From positions 74,340,001 through 74,404,000 of the forward strand of contig NW_024704742.1 of the NCBI RefSeq assembly GCF_018977255.1: a DNA stretch of 64,000 nt, written 5' to 3'. This DNA comes from Callorhinchus milii (lineage: Eukaryota). The notes below the pieces were generated by a model. That model did no database searches. It had not been told where the DNA came from and worked only from the letters and a program-made list of their open reading frames with translations. The translations under genes and the position numbers were made by a program. This document shows, one piece after another, positions 59,721-64,000 of the stretch (within the stretch, counting starts at the first letter, position 1; every line of letters starts with the position of its first letter).

Positions 59721-60308
59721 TAACAAACCCCCATATTAATTGGTTATTCACTTCATCACTGTTTGTGCGACCTTCCTGAAAATAAAAAAAACGCAGTGTT
59801 TAAGAGGGGTTACTGCAGAAATGACCATAGAGACTGTATTTTGAGTTATTTAGATATTATAAGACTTATAATAATAATAATCCTTGCATTTGATATAGTA
59901 CCTCAATAAAAAATATAAAAAATAATAAAGCCTCAAGAAAAAAAACAATAATAAATTGGTCACTCAATCCATGACTGTTTGTGGGACACTGCTGGGCGCA
60001 ATTGGCTGCCACATTTTGCCCATGTATATACAATCAATTCACTTTACAGTATATTCTGTGAAGCGTTTTGAGATGTCTAGAAGACGTGAAAAATGCAAGG
60101 ATTATTATTATTACTACTTTATCACATTTTATTACATCTTCGAGACATCTCAAAATGATTCACAGGATACACTGTAAAGTGCAGTAAATGTGTGTTTTGT
60201 GGGCGAAACTCATAGGCCAATTGCATACAGCAGTGTCCAACAAACATCTGTGGATTGAGTGACCGAATTATTATTATATTGTAATATTTAGATTATTTCC
60301 AGTGTTGT

Positions 60309-61190
60309 TTAACGGTCCAAGTCACCAACCGCAATATCTTGTGTTTAGATAATCGTGACCACATCAGCTAACATGTGTCTTGGAGACATTTTGTCTAGTC
60401 CAGCCAAATGAGCGAAACCAGGGACTTTAATCTTATAGTGATAGGGACGACTTGTTCGGTCCAACACAAAATAGTCTCCAAATTCACGCTTTGTAACTTC
60501 AATCATTGTGTAAGTGGCTCCGGGCGGTACTTGATCCAGCGCCTGGCACATCCGCTCAACTAGCACCGGCCTCCTGCATGTACCTCGCGCCCCCCACTAC
60601 CCACCTCCTTCACCATTGGAGGTTGCGCATTCAGCCACTACGCTCTGAAACTCTGGAACGCTCCCCGTTAATCCCTCCGCTTTGCCCCCTCTCGCCCCTT
60701 TTTCAAGTCCTGCCTGAAAACCTTCCTTTTCGATTGTTATTACAGTCACCTCACCACCATGGCCCCAAGTCAAGCTCCGCCATTGTTAAGTGTTCCGACA
60801 CGCTACCCTGTGTGGAGGGCACTATATAAGTGCAAGTTGTTGTTGCTATCCTTCCATATATAACTTAAAATGATGGATTAAGGCTTCCATTGACATCTTC
60901 ATCTCGCTTCTCTTAGGAGGAGAGATTTTGGCATCATCGACTTTGATTTCTCCCTCAGGCGTTTTATTCAGGGCCTGAAGCACAATCCTCAATCTCTGCC
61001 TCATCTTCTTCACCCAACACACATAGCAATTATAACAGTCTCCTTTACTTCCTATCGGGACATCGAATTCCACCTGGTTATAGACATCGTAGTGTTAAGA
61101 TTTCTTTAAATCCCACTTCGTCCCAGATCCTCTTAGCATCACCCTAATGAAACTGTAATTCAAAGCTTCCTGTGCTGTTACAACACCAAT
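60309..61190 (-). pseudogene. NDUFS2: Processed pseudogene fragment of NDUFS2 (complex I 49-kDa subunit), C-terminal part, interrupted by an L2 3' fragment
   Basis: IGVVTAQEALNY...MLRGSG.KWDLKKS*...[14 protein letters not shown]...[32 protein letters not shown] / QVPPGATY...[13 protein letters not shown]...HMLADVV.II*TQDI..GDLDR*; intronless, in-frame stops, insertion at ~60536-60846. Confidence 0.93.
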
Positions 61191-62609
61191 ATAACAACAC
61201 AAGTTCTCTTCTTTCTTCTGAGTTTGAATCCAGTTGTGGGTATTCAGCCCTTCAATGTTTGAGAATGATAAAATGAGAACAGAGTATCAATAGATAATCC
61301 TGCAAAAGCATTTTACATATTCAGTGCTGACTGCCACACTATGACAATGATCAAGCGGTGGTGAAGACACTTAGTGCAGATAGTCCTTGCTGCTTAACAA
61401 TTTGAAAATCATGGGGGTTTATTTGTCGCATTGGAAAGCCCTGGAAAATCTACAGAGGTCAGGAGATGTGAGTGAATATAAGACAACTTTGCTCCCAGTC
61501 TAATTTCTCTGGTTCTGAGCTCACACAATAACATAAATCACACGGCTGTCACTTAAACAGTTCATAATGTTAGAACTAGAAAATAGGTCACAAAATATCA
61601 TACTTCATATAAATAAATATATAGGATTAAAGTCAAGGCCCAAGAGAAGAGCAAAGGATCTTGGGTTTAATGCCACTGAGAAAACATAAGGAACAAGCCT
61701 GCTAATTAAATAACGTTAATGTCAAGCAAACCCCTATTTTCCTCAGGAGATAAAGATGGTACAGTGAATGGCATTTGATTATCTTCACACCATAAAGATC
61801 AATGACTTGGAATATATTCTTGGTCTAAACAAAGAGTCAGCACATAATGCTAACATAGCCCATCAATGTGCACAGCTCCAAAACCCTGCCCTGTGTGAAG
61901 GGCATGATATAAATGCAAGTTATTTTTAGTAGTTTCTGGCTAAAAACACATATAGATTTTTAGCTCAGTAGAGTTTAAAGAAATGTCTTTAAAGCAACAG
62001 AAGTTGAGACAGGAAAATTCTAGCAAGTTTTAGTATTGAAAGTTAAATTATTTCAATGTATGTATGAAAAGTAATGAAAGAAGAGATCATAAGAAACAAA
62101 AGAATTGGACTATGCAATGCCAGTCAATATTACAGAGACAACAAGCTTCTGTTCAGTGAATTAAAAGTTGTATAGTAGTGCTCACATCCTTACAAGGTTA
62201 GTGATGAATAGAACTAGTATGCACATTACAAAAGCTAAAGATAGATTTCACGTGTTTTACCTGAACTTTTCAACTTAAATAAACAATGGATCTTCTGTTC
62301 ATCTCTCATCATTCTAATTAAAGTTGAAACCATTAAATGCAATGATATTGTATTTGTGGTTGTGGTTAAATGATTTTAACCCTATATGCTTAGCCTTAGT
62401 TAATAAAGTAGTTTTAATTTATTATTCTATAATGTATCTTTTCAGTTATTGATAATATTTGCTGAGTAAAACCGGCCTAAAAACCTAATTAATGATTGTG
62501 CCTTTGGGCAAATCTGCCTTCCCCAACTCGCTCAGGCTCCCACACATTCTCTGTAAACCACTTTGAGACATTCTTGTATGAAAGTAAGATTCATGCAGCA
62601 TTCAGAATT

Positions 62610-64000
62610 GAATCATAGAATCATAGAATTATTCAGCACAGAAGGAGGCCATTCGGCCCATCGTGTCTGTGCCGGCTCTTTGAAAAGAGCTATCCAAATC
62701 AATCCCACTTCCCCGCTCTCTCCCCATAGTCCTGCAAACTTGTCCTCCCCAAATAATTATTTACTCTCATAGAAGTTCTTATCGAATCGGCTTCCGCCAC
62801 CCTTTCAGGCAATGCATTCCAGATCCGAACAACTCGCTATGTGAAAAAATGTCTTCTCACTTCCTCTCTGTTTCTTTTAATAACTATTTTAAATTGGTGC
62901 CCTCGGGTTACCGACCCACCCATCAGTGGAAATAGTTTCTCCTTGTTTACCCTATCGAATCCCCTCATCATTTTGAAAACTTCTATTAAGTCTCCTCTTA
63001 ACCTTCTCTGCTCCAAGGAGAATAATCCCAGCTTCTCTAGTCTCTCCTGATAACTGAAGTCCCTCATTCCTGGTACCATCCTGGTAAATCTCCTTTGCAC
63101 CCTCTCCAATGCCTTGACATCCTTCCTAAAGTGTAGTGCCCAGAACTGAAAACAGTACTCTAGCTGAGGCCTAACAGTGTTTTATAAAGGTTCATCATAA
63201 CTTCCTGACTTTTGTATTCAATGCCCCAATAAAGTCTAATATCCCGTAAGCTTTTTTAACAGCTTTATTTGCCTGTCCTGCCACCTTCAAAGGTTTACCT
63301 ATATGAACCCCCAGGTCTCATTGTTCCTTCACCCCCTTTAAGATTGTACCATCAGCTTGTATTGCCTCTCCTCATTCTTCCTCCCAAAATACATCATTTT
63401 GCATTTCTCCACATTAAACTTCATCTGCCATGTGTCTGCCCATTTTACCAGCCTGTCTATGTCCTCTTGCAGTCTGCTACTATACTCCTCACTGTTTACT
63501 ACTTTTCCTAGTTTAGTATCATCTGCAAACTTGGAAATTGTACTCCCTATACCCAAATCCAGGTCATTTATATAGATCAAAAACCAACCCCTGGGAGACA
63601 CCGCTGCATACTTTCCTCCAGTCAGATAAACAACCGTTCACCACCACTCTCTGCTTTCTGTCTCTGAGTCAGTTCTGTATCCGCTGCCACTGTCCCTTTA
63701 ATGCCGTGGGCTTCTATTTTAGTTACAAGTCTCTTATGTGGCACTTTATCAAACACCTTTTGAAAATCCATATAAACTACATCAACTGCACTACTTTCAT
63801 CCACCCTCTCCTTTACTTCAGCACAAAACTCATTTTTAAACTCAGGTTTATTAGACACAATTTGTCTTTCACAAATCCGTATTGGCTGTCCTTTATTAAC
63901 CCATATTTTTCTAAGTGAAAATGTATTTTGTTCCTGATTATAGTCTCTAGATGTTTCCCCACTACTGATGTTAGGCTGACTAACCTGTAGTTCTCAGGTT
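62610..64000 (-). mobile_element. CR1 LINE (RT C-terminal part and 3' tail), truncated by window edge
   Basis: VDVVYMDFQKVFDKVPH, FLIYINDLD, KFADDTKLG, LEKLGLFSLEQRRLRGDLIEVFK; (ATTCTATG)n tail at ~62610. Confidence 0.95.

Noticed and set aside
60309..61190. APOBEC-like G-to-A hypermutation of the NDUFS2 retrocopy
   Set aside because: Most apparent G>A and C>T changes fall in probable CpG contexts; cannot be separated from CpG decay without the parent sequence
53210..64000. Divergent neighbour gene (G3BP2 is adjacent to USO1 in mammals, from recall)
   Set aside because: No recognisable coding exon of it in this interval; only repeats and the pseudogene

Overview
Eukaryotic (vertebrate) genomic DNA, most likely a cartilaginous fish (inferred from the CR1/L2/tRNA-SINE repertoire and protein similarity; not verified). 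The window is dominated by one spliced gene on the minus strand, USO1 (p115 ER-Golgi vesicle tether). It runs from a GC/CpG-rich promoter and ATG at 53048 through 22 constitutive coding exons, whose phases chain without a break (2583 nt, 861 codons), and the last exons lie beyond position 1. I also find two in-frame microexons (12 nt at 36611-36622 with flanking TGCATG motifs; 21 nt GDKIDRR at 20360-20380) and a minor-spliceosome (U12-type GT-AG) intron at 11796-12538. Introns and the upstream region are full of L2 and CR1 LINE fragments, tRNA-headed SINEs, Tc1/mariner(pogo)-type and hAT-type non-autonomous DNA transposons, a Penelope-like palindrome and an unclassified ~600 bp repeat. There is also a degraded 28S rRNA fragment, an L2-interrupted processed NDUFS2 pseudogene, and several local templated duplications, one of which copied the exon-7 splice acceptor into a neighbouring transposon. 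Most ORFs in the supplied track are repeat-derived or spurious. No prokaryotic-type systems (CRISPR etc.) are present. Coordinates were read by eye: exon ends were checked against GT/AG and phase, and repeat boundaries are approximate.
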